Source of the DNA: Lepidodermella squamata
Lineage: Eukaryota > Animalia > Gastrotricha
Assembly: GCA_047495785.1 (NCBI GenBank)
Contig: JBLDXI010000028.1
Coordinates: 682,001 to 746,000 of the forward strand
Direction: 5' to 3'
DNA length: 64,000 nucleotides
Shown: one piece after another, positions 25,001 through 39,051 of the stretch
Layout of the letters: each line of letters opens with the position of its first letter
How positions within the stretch are numbered: the stretch's first letter is position 1
Made by a program: the position numbers and the translations under genes
The notes under the pieces: model-generated
Told to the model about the DNA's origin: nothing
Database searches by the model: none
Seen by the model: the letters and a program-made list of their open reading frames with translations, nothing else

Positions 25001-27055
25001 TAATGTACATTTCTTGGTACCTACTTGGTACCTATTGTTCAATTTTCTGGAATTATTGAACTGTGATTCACATAAAAGACTCATGAAAGCTTCAATTGGC
25101 TAAATTTTCGCATATGATTTAATTGTGCCTTATAACTGCACAAAATGAGGGCAGCAAAAATGACCGTAAATTGGGCTTACTTTATTTTTTTATTTTTGGT
25201 AATGAATGGCATTTAGGCACCTATGAGACGATTTCGGAAATGCTCGAACTTCAGGAATATTCGGTAGGTCGATACGGTGTAATGAAACTAGAAACTTTGT
25301 GGCATTTTCAACCTGGCCTTGATTATTCTGGATAGGCAGCTTCCCGCACATGGACTCTTTCATTGGATTTGGACAATGACAATGCATTTGGACAAAACGT
25401 TATCCTGAAATCGATGCAGTTTCAGTTTTTATTATGATTACTTCCGTTTGATGCCTTCAGCTATAATGATAATTTTTTGTAAAAGCAGAGAGCGGTTAGC
25501 ACAAAACCCGAGAGACACAACATGGTCGCAGAGTAATAATAACATATAATGATATAATAATAATATATCAGTTCGATGTGTTTTTTGCAGTGTGATACTT
25601 TTCGTTCGCTGACAGTGCATATTTCAGGTGACAATAATAATAATAATTATAATAATAATATATTTCAAGATTTTCCTTCGCAGATAGCATTTTGATAACC
25701 GTGGCGCATATAATAATTTACCGATTTTTTATACAATTGGTAATAATACAATAATATATTGAAAAATGGTACAAAGAAAATGACGGATTTTTTCTCGCTC
25801 AAAAATTAAAACAAAATTAGTAATGAAACAAAAGAAAAAGCGGAAGAAATTAACTAAGCCTCGTGTTTTATATTCATTTCTATGAATGCTGATATTATCT
25901 TAGAATCCAAAAATGGAAATTGTAATTCATTAATTAGGGAATAATTTCGCGGCTAGACAAGGTGTTTTCACAATTAATATTTGTCGGCTTTTGTTATTAT
26001 TTAAGCGTGTGTGACAAGTGAAACGACGCCACTCAAAGCGAGTCAACAACCCCCGGAAGAACAATGAGATAAAAAGGCATTGTATTGTTGTTTACAGCGA
26101 CACAAAAGCGGCTAAAGAGATAGCTCAAGAGATGACTTTTGATATACAATGACGAAAAAATCGGTGAAATTGAAATTATTCAAGTATAATATAAGAAGAA
26201 AGAACAGCAGCAGCAATTTTTCAGCGTCAAAACTAGTTCAAAGTGTTCGGATTGCGTATTTTTCAAATAATTAAGGTACATCATGTGCACGCACTAGTGA
26301 GATGTCGCTGGTAATAGTTATTATTGTTAGATTTCATCTTGGAAAAAAACAAGCAGTTCAAATTTCAGTAATAGAATATACAAATAAAAAATTTACTATC
26401 TAATGGCTAACAACCTGTGCTCACGCAGTGTGTGGAATTTTTAGTCATTTCTTTTCTTTACATTGATGCTTCACGTTGCAAGAGCAGTTCAAATTTTCGG
26501 ATAGAAAAATTTATCATTTTTTCAAAATTACAGTAATAATATCAATTTTTACTCTGATTAAATACAGGGGTGATGGAAGATCGACGCTATAGGCCATTTT
26601 TCAATCGGTCCTGAGATCGAGACACGACTGTTCATAACATGTGGTGTGTGTATTGATTGATAATGTTTATCCACGGAGATTACGAAAAAATACACGCGGA
26701 GTAAAGCAACAAATGGAGCAGGTAGGGCGCGTTTGCTTTTGAATGATTATTTCATGTTCAAGGCGATTTTTGGTAGCAAATCTAGCGATATATTTTTACA
26801 GGTAAATGAGCCCTTGCAACAATATAGCCACAGAGAAAAATTCGTTCAAGGTAAAGGCACAAATAATTGCGAAATTTAAATTGATTTTTTCATTCTTAAC
26901 ATTTCATTTTACCTTCCGGATTTTTCTCTGCGAATGTATTTTATAGGATTCTATGATATATATTTTTCAGGCGGTGCGGGAGGACCTCCACAATCACAGA
27001 TAATTTTTTACTCAGAAAAATTCCATTACTTTTACTCATTAATTTATTCAATAAA

Positions 27056-30000
27056 TCAAGATTCACTCGAACCGTCGCCGTTCGAAGCAGCCGGCGGCGG
27101 CCGTTTAGTCGGGGTAGCGCCAGGGTACAACACGCTGTTCGGTACGGAGACAACGGCCGGCCCAGCCGAGCGCGACATGGTTGAGGTGTTCGAATTGAGG
27201 CCGCCAGCCGGGGTCGCTGAGGCGGAACCGGCGTGTCGCTGCCAGAATTGTTGAAACAGCGAAACAGCGTCGATAGAAACCGACAAGTGCTGCGTAGTCG
27301 GGATGGCTGAGAATCGTTTCGAGCCGGAATTGTACTTGAAAAAGTGTTCAATCATGGCGTTTTTTACGGTTTTCGGCCCGATGCCGTGGATGCGCTCGAT
27401 GACGGGCGCGTCCGGTTCGAACGTGTACAGCCCGCGGTATTGACAGCCGGCATCTCGGAATAAAATGACAAAATGGCGCGTATTCGGCGCAGCTTTTTCA
27501 AGCTCGTGCAGGGCCTCTTGCCGCGCTTTCGCATTCGCCCCACCTGCTAAGCAAGTGTCTCTTATCGCGTTGTAGACCAGATTTCGATTCGACTTCGCGG
27601 ATGGTTGAACTCGCAACGGCACGCTTGGGTTCACTAGAATAAAATAAATAAAAATGAATTTTCGGCGAATTTTTCCACAATATTAGTATGAATTAAACAT
27701 GTAGTATTTTTTCAAACAACATTTACACGCAAGCTGTTAGCTTGGTCCATCATGCGTCATCAATCCCGAGTTGCCGCACATATATACGTATGTAAGTACA
27801 GAAAGAGCAAGCCCGTTAGTTGTTATTATTACATTAATGTTAGTAATCCGTTGATTTTTACGCGTTCGCAGAGTGTTTCAACAGGTTTTAATGTTTTATT
27901 AGCCTCTCACGGACACACGTATATAGCGACGTGAAAACTAGGTAAATAAACCGGGACACGTCAACTCTGAGGCTAAGGCGCGAGGCAAGCTATCACAAAG
28001 CACATCAATTTTTCATTAGCTGACCAGGCTTGAATTAAAATTTGATAAATAAAGGAAAATTTATCGATTTATCACAAAATTTGAAAATAAAAATATTTGA
28101 TTTGAGGTCAGCATTTATAGTGCTTTTTAAGCTTTTCTATCCTAAAATATTTTCATCAATAGCCTCCTGACATTTTTTGCCGTGAATATAAATTATACTA
28201 TCCCGGCATCATAGCAATTATCCCGAGTAATGAAGGCCACTTATATTCAACAATACAATTACACCCGAGAGCATTTGTTTACCCTCTCTCTCGTGTTTTC
28301 ATGTACCAGTGACATGGAATGTTTACCGAACCCAACTGGTACATACATCGGAATAAATACAGTAGCCTAAACAAACGTCCTGCCCGCAATGTATATTATC
28401 TGCCCATACACAATTGAAACACTCTGTAGACGGCATTTCGACCAAAAGATAGACGTTAATAGAGATAGATAGATGATAGAAAAGTGGGCAAGCGGACACC
28501 ATGTAAGTATTGCGTTTTGTACACCGAGCCTGTGCGGTTCCAAGGCTGCGTGTGTGCTGCGGTGTGTGGTGGGTGGGTGGGTTACCTTTGAGTGAGCTCA
28601 AGCTCTTCGCCGAGCGCAACGTCGCGCCGAGCGGGCACAACGCGTCGTGGTCGTTCCACGGCCGCGGCAGTGCCAGCAACTGGTCAATCAGCGCCCGGCT
28701 GCGTGATCCTATAATCCGTTCAGATGCATGGATACATTCAAATTAAAGACGTGCACGTGCGCAATAGTTTGTTGGTACAAAAGTTTTGCTTGTTAAATTA
28801 TTACAAGTAATATTGAGAAACTGAAAATTGTGCAAATATCACAGACGCTGCAAGTCAAGACAACGTGCTCAGCACATTTTTGGATTCGAATTGGATTTGA
28901 TAAGAAAAAATCTCAATTTTGAGAATGAAAATTTAACAAAAACCCAACACCTCTTCCAAATTTGAAGAAAAAGTCCAAGTAAAAAATATGCAAATGCCAA
29001 CTATTTCCAATTTTTCAAATTATCTAAAATTTAGATAAAAATCATTCAATTTATCAAAAAATTAGAATTTTTGAAAAATGAACCAATTCATCTCATCTGA
29101 AAATTCCAATAAAATTTCCCAATTTTTTCATAAAAATCTAGAATTTCGATAAAATATTCAATAAATAAAATTCACAAATTTCTCATTTTTCCAATCCAAC
29201 TTAGGAAAAGAATTCCTGAAATCTTAGAAGAATTAATTATCTCATAGAGATTTAAGGCTTTGGAATTACAACTTAATCAATTTTCAAACTATTGAGTCAA
29301 AATTCAATTCGAATCCAAATAATTCTCGTGCTTGGTTGCAGAAAATTGTTAGAAATATCCTCAAATAAAATCAGCATAAAACCAACCTGTTGCTATACTC
29401 AACGTATCCCCGTCATCGTTACTCAATCCATCGAGCGTCGACGCGTGCCGACTCGACAGCGAACCAGGCGGTTTCGGCGCCCTGGCCGCAACCGGCGTCC
29501 TGCCCGGCGTACTCGGCGGAGAAGGCGCGGCCAAACCAGCCAAATTTTCGTGCTCGCTCTGCACGGCAAGAGTGCCTAAACCCTTCGGCTTCGGCCTCGG
29601 TTTCGCGCCGGCGGACAGCGCATCCCTCGATTTCGACTTGATCATCGTCCCAGACGGTGTCGAGCCGTTTTTCATCGTTGGAGGGGCTAGCCGCGACATA
29701 TCAATCGCCTCTTCCTCCGCTTTTTTCTTCGCCAGGTACTCCTCGAATACCTGCCGCTGCTTCATGCGATGTTCAGCCCGTCGCTTCTCCTGCTCGTCCT
29801 GCTTCAAGCGAATTTCTTCACGCCGTTTCGCCGCATCAACGTCTCGCTTCGATAGGCCACCGTCATTTTTGCCAACAGACGCCTGGGTTAGCTCGAGTTT
29901 TCGTTTAATTTCCAACTCGACGCACTTTTGCCGCCGTCTCCTTTCCAACTCATCGGCATCGATCATATCACCGACTACAAAAGCGACATTTTGCTGCTGG

Positions 30001-33000
30001 GGTGATTTTGAAGATTCTGAAATCTGCTGTTCTTGGTCTTCTTCGATTTCTTGATGATTCTTGTGGTTATGAACGGCTAGACTTGTCGTAGAATTCGACG
30101 CCATTAGTCGGTTTTGCAATGCGCTCAGTGACTGTGATCGGCGAACCTGGCTGAGATTGGCCAGGCTTTCGTCTAAATGGTTGGAATAGTCGAGTTGTTG
30201 GTCGTTCGCTGTAGTAGTCGTGGTTGAGATGATAGAGCCTGGGCCCGGGGCGGTGCCGATCGGGACGAAAAACGCGCCGGCGGGGCTGGTTGCGGCGGCG
30301 GCTGCGGTTGTTGCGAAGGCGCTGGGTCGCTGGCCTGGCGCCGGACCGGGAAGTAACAGGGATTGCGTGGATTGGAAGTGGGTCGGGAACGGCTGCGCGT
30401 AGTACGCCGTTTGACCGTTCGGGGCAGGCAGGGTCTGGTAGACCACGACAGGCGGTGGAGCGACAACTACAGGCTGCGGATGAGGTGGAGCCTAAACATT
30501 AAAAAATTCAATAAGTCAACAAAATCATTGAAATATTGTTCAGAATTCAACTTTTAAAATCGATGATATTCTCAAAATTAAAGTAGCTGAGTGGACACAA
30601 ATCGAATTAATCAAAATTTGATCAAAATCAATATCTGATGTAAGGCATCAAATTTTGGCTACAAGTAACCAGCTAAAACATCTTCAAATTTGGCAATAAT
30701 ATGACAGATACATCCTGTACAAATTATATGGTAGCAAAAATCAAACGTCTTTTCTACGCTTTACTTGGTATTCTTAACGCAGTTGGAATCGATTATTTCT
30801 AGGAAAATAATGAAATCATACGGTTCACGCCACGTTAAGGGCCAAGCAAGCCACACATTACCCCCAGAAAGCCATATTTAAAAATTAAATCCCCAAGAAA
30901 ATCGATCAAATAAAAGGAATAGCATACTCTAAAAATCACTAAATAAATCACTTACAGCAATATAGAATCATTAAAAATTAAAATGAATATGGCTCATAAA
31001 TAGGTCACAATTGTTCCCAACAAGGTCAACGGCTGTGACTTTTGAGGAGATTTAAAAAAGGAAATCCGAGGAAAATTTTAGGCGTAGTTCTCAACAAGTC
31101 CTAAACATGATGAAAAAAGCTGCTTGAAACTGTGCTACACGATCTGTTCTTCATATAATTCAGTTTTAGCGCGGCTGCGTTGAGAATGTCGAATTTTAAA
31201 ATTGAAAGATTGAATATAAATAGAAATAGTTTATTTAGTTGTAGACCCTTGAGATGACTAAAAAAGTCGTTCAAATTTCAAAAATTCCATCAATGCAAGG
31301 AGTTTTACATCATTTTTTTTACGGAAGTCTCCAGCAGATCAAATAATAATAAAATTCCAAAACTCTTTAGCCAATTTACCTGTGGCATAGGCCGTTCGAT
31401 ATTTCTACGCCGCGTACCGCCAGGCGAAGTCAAAGACGACAGCTGCACATGCAAATCCGACAAACTCTGATTCAGCTGTTCCAACTTCGCATTATAGCCA
31501 TCATTCGCCACACTGCCGCGCGGACTCGCCCACGCACCCTGGTCCGAGGTGCGGCGGCCACTCGACGTAGTCGAAGACAGAGTGTTATACCCAATGCGAC
31601 TGCCAACCCCGTTGTTATTACTATTCTGCTGATTTTGCTGTTGAATCCGCTCTTGCTCTCGCCGTTTACGCTCCAGTTGCAGTTTCAAGGTCAACGAACC
31701 CGCTGATGCGGAACGGGCGGTCAAACCAGGCCGAGTTTGCACGATAGCCTCCACCTCCTCATCCTCACGGCTTGAATTATCAACAATTTGCTGCTGTTTC
31801 TGCTTCTGTATCTGCTGTTGTTGTTGCTGCAGCTGAGCCCAGGTAATCCGGACAGAACCATTCGACCGGGGCGATGACAGACCGCCCTCGGATTCAGTTG
31901 TCACAACCGGAACGCCTGCTTCTATCGCCGATTCAGCAGTTGAGAACTGGCGACTTCCAGCCACGGTGTAAGAACTTGCGCCGAGAGATGGCCTCTGCTG
32001 GTTTTGAAGCTGCTGGGCGTAGGAAAATGTCATTGTTCCGCCTGAAGACCCGGTTGAAGGCCGGGCGGAGGACCCGGAAGATTGACGCAGCGATAGGACG
32101 GGTGGGCTTGATAACACGGGCGAGTCGACGAAAACGGTGCCGGGTGAGGGCGAAGCATTTGCTCCAAAACCACTATCTCTCTGGAAATTATAAAAAAAAT
32201 CCATTAAATTTCATAAAATATTTTACAAAAGCTAAAATAAGGGTTTTAAATAGGATTTTTAAATAACGCATGCAGGTCAGACATTCAACCCTGGCCGCAA
32301 ATAAAAACGATGAACGGACTAAGAACAAAAAGAGCTTCGATTTCAAGACAAAAAAATATGAAATTACCCAAATTCCCATTAAAATTACATTTCTGAGCAT
32401 GGTCCGATGAATTTTTCCCTATCAAATTCCGAGCCTAGAAAATCCGATGGCCGGAATTCAGAAATTAAAATGATTTTGAACACAGAATGAAAAATTTCGG
32501 CCAAATAGAATCAATAAATTCAGGATTTAAATCGAAATTTTCACTTCATTGCCATCGAAGAAAGAATCTCTTTAGCCTATATTTTGTTTGTCTGAAATCA
32601 AAGCTCTCCACGTAAGACATTATTATAAAGGACTGTCGACAAAAGCGGCCAACACCGACGCTTCAAAACACCAGGGATTTTTCCATTTCAATATTATAAG
32701 GGATAAATAAGGATTTTTCCGACACGCCGGCTCTGATTCTTCTCGCTTCAACTTGCCGAAGAAGGCGCTGCAATGCGAACAAGCCCAGGTGGGTAGGTAG
32801 GCAGTGACTGCCGTTCAGGTACGATAGCTAGGCGCAAACTTCGCGACAGCCCGGCCACGCGGCGGCTCGGTGGCTGTTGCATGGTCGACCAGCCCCGATA
32901 TCGGTCTTCCGGGTAGAAAACCTGGAGCAAATTCGACCCGGAGTATGAGCTAGCTAGGCGCGGTCTCGCTGACGGTTCGCGAAACCGGGCCGAAGCGAAG

Positions 33001-35091
33001 TCGTAAGCACTTCGCGACGACGCAACGACGTAGGGCTGATGCGGGTATTGCTGGGCGTCCTCGGCTGGAATGTAGTAATAAGCCCGGCGCCTGTTACTTC
33101 GGTGCTGGTGGTGATGAGAACGGCGGCTTTTCACGAACAGCTTTTTGCAGGAGCAAATCAGTTATTTCGATTGTTAGTAGGTTTGTTTCAAAATAATAAT
33201 AATATTTTAGGTGCAGGTCAATTGATTGAGCAAACATTCTCCGTGAATCACGATGCAAAAATTATCGATTGTTCAATCAAAAATCGAGGTTTTACAAGAA
33301 ATATGAACAATTTTGTTAATGCCCACTTACGCAACGATAGGCTGGGTAAAATGTTCCTTAAAGCTTACCAAGATTATTATTCGAAAACTATTTCAGAACT
33401 TCAGTAATACTAACATAGAATAAACTATAAAATCTTCGATTTTTAAACATCAATTACGAAACTTATCCCGGATCGCTTATTCATACCTCACCTCGGCTTA
33501 CAATATCAATTGGATCAAATTAAATATTAATGCTCAAAGGCATGAATCATCACCGATAGGCAGCTGAATCATCCAAAATCAATATGTTCGAAAATGTATA
33601 TATCCAAATAAGCGAATTTTCGTCTTTAATTTGTAGAAAATCTCTACTCCCTCAAAATCCAAGATGGCATTACTATTCAGAGAAAACCTCGATTTATGAC
33701 ATAAATCGATCTGAGAAATTTTGATTATCAGTTAAACTAACTTTTTTGCCCGGAGCCATAGCTAGAAGACCAGCATCCCCGCCATCCGGCTCATCTGACA
33801 CAACAACGACCGTGCCAGTCGCTTGATGATGCCGGCTATCGATTTCAGAAAAATCGCCCGAAAAATCGACTTCATTGAGCAGCATGCTGTGACCATTTCC
33901 ATTGCCATTAACGTAACCCGACTCAGATTTCGTCGAAGAAACATGTAGCTGGTTTTCGTTGTTACCGTTGTTGTTAGTCATAACAGGCGCTACGCGACTA
34001 CACGCGCATAATAACGGCGGGGCTGTGCATAAACTCGCGAATAAATCGGCTAGGAAGACGAGAACGTTAGCCTTGAACGACGAATGCATGTATAGCAAAT
34101 CTTCGAGGCGGAAGAAGTAGACAGCTTTATCGAGATGGTCTGAAAATAGCCGCACGATTTCGAGGTTAAAACACGAATCTGCAACGCCCAATGGGTCTTT
34201 TAGGGCCACGTCGTTGATTCTAAGATGATCAGGTGCGTAGTGGCAAATCAACGTGGCTAAGGCAGCTCCGTCGCTAATATCAGCCAACAAATCTTTCACA
34301 AGAGGTATTACAGGCGCGTTCGATTCGTCTAATCGAATAGTGGAGCGACCTGACTGCCGTGTTAACTGGGTCGCACGTTCCCGCCGTTCTTGCTCGAGGC
34401 GAGCTCGAACGGCGTGGCAGACCTTAGCAATCCACAGAAGTAGCGCGTCCTCAGTTGTACGCGGCTGTTCCAGCGGTGATAAATGAGCAATCAAGCGAAT
34501 AGCAGCCGTCACTCGGTCCGTGCTGAAGTTTTGCACCAGATACGCGCGCATAAACGCGTCAATCACCGTTTGATGCACTGAAGCTCGGATCGGGTTGTTC
34601 AAGGACAGCTGCGATTCTATCCTTGACAGGGTGTTTTTCCCTGAAGGATCGTCCGATAACGTGTAAAACCCACATTGGTGTAAAATAAGCAAAACTGAGC
34701 CATGAAGTGAAGCTGATCCGTGTGAATTCACATTATTAATGGCTTGCTGTCTTAAAATAATCCTAGCAGCATCGGCGTACGCTCTTCCTGATGTCAGCAA
34801 AGCTGCCACTGAAGGGTTTAATTCCAGCTGTTTACTCGACTCTTCATCAGTATATTGTTCGTCGATAAGAGGATCTTCGTATTCGAGAGGTACCCGGCCA
34901 TCAAAAACTTTCGATAGTAACCATGCGATAGAACAGCGAAGGCGAGACTGATGAGGAAAAATTGATTGAAATAAAATTAACTAAATAATTCACATCCTCA
35001 CCTTTTTGTGATTGTATAGCTCCAAAGGCACAATATCGGGAACCAAGCTATGCCTCAGTTCGTTCAACTGGAGGCGAAATAATTCTGACAT
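27056..35091 (-). CDS. CAMSAP: CAMSAP/Patronin microtubule minus-end binding protein (CH domain, coiled coils, CKK domain)
   Basis: N-terminus DIVPLELYNHKK/SRLRCSIAWLL; CH domain EDALLLWIAKV...DISDGAALATLICHYAP; coiled coils LQLERKRR and KRREEIR; CKK domain KSNRNLVYNAI...HFVILFRDAGCQYRGLY...FFKYNSGSKRF. Confidence 0.93.
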
Positions 35092-36324
35092 GTTGGATTA
35101 TAGAAAAGTTAAACACGACCGGCGGGTGAGATCATCATTCCTGGATGTTACTTAAAAGTCATAACTGATCCAAAAAATCAGTATTCTTTAGAACCTATCA
35201 ATTCGAAATACAAACAAGATAGACGATAGACATCAAAGATTGGCATACATTTTGGAGAAAAATTAATTGAAAGATGATAGCTCGAATCCGCAAGCAATTA
35301 ACGGTGTATGGCTGCGGCAAGCAATATCAGCGGTAAACAATATGGAAGAATGATGCAGTTACAAGAGTGGTAATTCCAGCATCCAGCATCCAACATAAAC
35401 AGGGTATATAAACAAATAGGCCTTCCAGGAACACAATAGTCTTGGAAAATTGAAGAATGAGAAGGATCAAGTCGATGACTAATTCGGTTAAAATAATCAG
35501 CTGCTCTGTATACAACACAAATTTAATTGGCTTCCGCGCACAGAGATAACTTTGAATCTGTTATGTTTTGTTTTAATGGCGGACCCGGGTATCAAGTACC
35601 AAGTACAGCGGCGCTGGCCAGACACGCACAGCGGATGCGCCACTTTCATCAAAGGCCAAAAGAGGACGCCAGCCGTTCGGGGACCCCCGCGTCACTGAGC
35701 CAAATTTAATTTCCCATTTTGATTTTTATTTTAACTTGTCAGTTGAAATAATTATAATTGAATTCTTGAAAACTCGAAATTATATGCGTAAATGAATTGA
35801 AATGTGCGGGCATTTAGGCTCTTTGTGTTAGTGGTTTGTTTTAGGTGCATTTTTTTCTTTGTCCCTCGCATCGTTTTTTCTTGGCTCGAACGCATTGTGT
35901 AGATGCCAGCAGCGCAGTATTGTGCCAAATCAGCTGCACTCGTTAAAGATGTTCAGCTGGAATATACATATACGTAGAAAAATAAGAACACAAAGGTCAT
36001 GGATTCGGCAAGTGTTACGAATCGTTTTTATGCCAGCGATTGCCAAATCGCTACCACTTGTTGATCATTGATTCGGACTCAAGTTATTTGCGAGTCTTTG
36101 TTGCATCCAAATCACCCAAACATTGTTTGATACTTTGCACTAATCCCTTTATCTAGCTTGTAACGAGCTATTATAGCTCGTTTGCTAGCATCTTTTCCTT
36201 CGAGCTTCGAGCTGATTCTTACACCATTGTGGACTCTTGGCTCTGGTCCAAGAGTCTGTTTGGAAAGATTCCTGTTGATGAATTTAATATGAAAATCGTT
36301 CTAGGTTTTATATAAAGCGAGGAG

Positions 36325-39051
36325 ATGGAGAACGAAGGTGGTTGGAGCAATTTTGACGACTGGGCTAAAGTTTCCTGTGATGATGTGGAAGACGAGCAGG
36401 TTTGTTGATAACCAAGCTAAGTGCATATTTCTTGAGGGTTGTTCTTCCTCTAGGGCTCATCGTCGTCCTCTTCAGCCGAAGTAATTGTTGATAAGAGTGC
36501 CGCAAGATTTATGCGCCGCGACAGCTCTGACTCAGTTGAAATTATGTCGATGGAAAATGACGAAGACGTCGTTGATACCAATAAGCTAATGATGTCGCAG
36601 AATTCAGACTCGGAAAACAAAATGTGCTGTTCGACCTGTTCGACTGTTATGAACCAGAGCATGACCTCATCGATTGTTCATGTCAAGATGGAGGAGATCG
36701 AGACTCAGACCGACGAAGATTTCAAGCAGCACATCGCAGCTAATATGCCTCCTGAGGTCAAGACCGAAAAAATGGAAGCTATTGAGGAGGAGGCGGAGGC
36801 TGCTACTCAGCTAGAGAAGGCTCTAGATTCGATTGCTGAGTATATTCATCGCCATGGCCATCAGTTGATTTTCATTCCTTCGCATTTGCTGTTTGCTTTC
36901 CTGGTTATAACCGCCGCTTATATGACCGGCGTAGTGCGTATCGACGGACTAGAACGAGCCAATGTGGATAGCGATCTCACAACTCAGCACAACATCGTAG
37001 AACATTTGTCGACGAAAACAACGGCAGTCACGGTTGGTCAACAGCAGCAGCAGCAAACGCAGCAGTTGCCAGTTGTTCGGGAGCTGCAGTCTCCTGAATG
37101 GTAGATTTTTGATTGCATAATTTTGATATAGTTTTCAAAAAATTTATATTCTAGGCTGGATCGTCTTGCTACGTTGCTGGAAGATGTTTCTGACGAACTT
37201 ATCGCCGTTGATGGGCAGATCTCAGCTGTCGAGAAGCAGCTCGAACAATTCGACGCGCAAGTTCAAACCTCGGCTAACAACAACAAGCAGCAAATGATTG
37301 TTACCGATGCTTACCGAGTTTTGATCGAGAAACAGCGCCAAGCCTCGCGAATTCTCGATAAGATCAACAGCGTTCTGAGTGTTGATCGTCAAGCGAGGCA
37401 AGAACCTGCTGCGTTACTTGATGTCAGGCTGAAGTTGGTCGACATTGCCGGTGATTTTGTCGCGCTGAATTCACGTATGACCGAAGTTACGATGGCCAAC
37501 AAGCGCCGTCATATCAACATGTTGAAGAAAGCGATTGGAGAACGCCATCGAGTTGAAACCGGAGTTATCGCATCGCTGGTTAATCGCATTCGTAGTGCAG
37601 TTATTCCCTCGCCTATTGCCGATGCGAGATCGCCGGCTTGTCGTCGTTTGATGTCTTCGGTCGATTCGGCCCTTGTTACCCCGAGTGATGTTGCTGAGTG
37701 CATTCAACGCCACATCGCATTGGCTCACCATTTGAACGCGACCATCGAAACTGAGAGACGCCAAGCCGCTCGTTTCCGTGATCGGGCGGTGATTTCTGAT
37801 CGCGTTATTTCAGATCTGCGGGCTGAGTTGGACTGGCTAGCGAATCGAACTGTTTTGCTGAAATCAGCTGAGAAGCCAAAGGTTCAGCAGGCGAAATCGT
37901 TGATCCAATGTCTATCGACTTGCTCGCCAGCAGTTTCGTCGTTTGCCGAGCTGCTTCAACGACCCGAGCACTGCCGAACCTGTGATTTGTTGGATAAGTT
38001 GTCGTCTCAGTTTGTCTCGCTACTCAACTCAATTTCAGCCGCCCTTCTCGAGGGATCGACCAAGGAGTGGTCGACTCGTGCTATGCTTGAAATGTTGTCA
38101 AACACCCTGGCGACCATCAGCAACCCTGCGAAACTGATGAATCAGCAGCAATCGAAACCGGTGTTTTCCATGCCAGTTGCTCCGGCAAGTAAGAATACAA
38201 CTTGGTCGAACCGCTTGTCAGAACGCATTGTTTCGGTGAAGCAAACGTTGTCTCGAGCCTACGACCGTCTCCGCCGCTCTGTTGTCGCCAAAGTTTGGTT
38301 CGGCCGTCCAGCGAATCACACGTGCTCGGATTACGACGACGCCTTCGAGCATTTGAAGAGCCGTGTGATGAAAATGCAACTGGACCGCTCGTACCACGAT
38401 GCTGCCGTTTTGACGGCTCTCTTCAACGAAATGACTGCTTTGTCGAGGGATGATAACCGGTGCCTTGGTTTCAAAGCGCGTCAATTCCTGGCGTGCCAGC
38501 TCGCATGGGCGCGCCGCATGACCGCGCTGTTCCGTCGCGATTCGTTGTGTTCAGAGGCTCTTCCTAAATCGTGTTCTTACCTCCAGTGGCAGCAGGATTT
38601 GATGGCGTCTGTTGAGCTGACTTCAACGCTAGCTAATTTTTCTGTCGAGTCGCGTGTTAGAAAGGCGGTGCCCGTTGCTAAGAAGGACCACGGCCCGCCT
38701 GGACCCGGTTCACGTGTTCTCATCGACAACAACTGGCAGTATCTGTGGTTGCTGGAATCAGCCAATCGTTTCCGTAAAGTCGCGGGTAAAAAGGGCGATG
38801 ATGGCTCTGAGGAGTTGGAACAGCACGTTTCTTACTCCTACCTCTCACCCCGCCGTGACATTATGGTCCTCGCGCCCGAGTTTTGCCGAGTCGGCGCTGT
38901 TTCAGCCTCGAACAAGGCCTACGGTCCACACGTGCCTCGTTTACGCCCGTCATTGCCTATCAAGAGCGCGAACGACGAAGCTTGTCAGCGGAGTCGCGAG
39001 TTGGTCGCTATTTTCGGCAGCGAAAATACGGCCATCCGCGTTCGAGCTTGA
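36325..39051 (+). CDS. Single-pass membrane coiled-coil protein, CCPG1/PBXIP1-like architecture; exons 36325-36399, 36454-37100, 37155-39051
   Basis: Phase-compatible GT-AG junctions; acidic N-terminus with DDWAKV and SSDSVEIM; transmembrane segment HLLFAFLVITAAYMTGVV; long heptad-rich C-terminal region. The family assignment is an inference. Confidence 0.7.
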
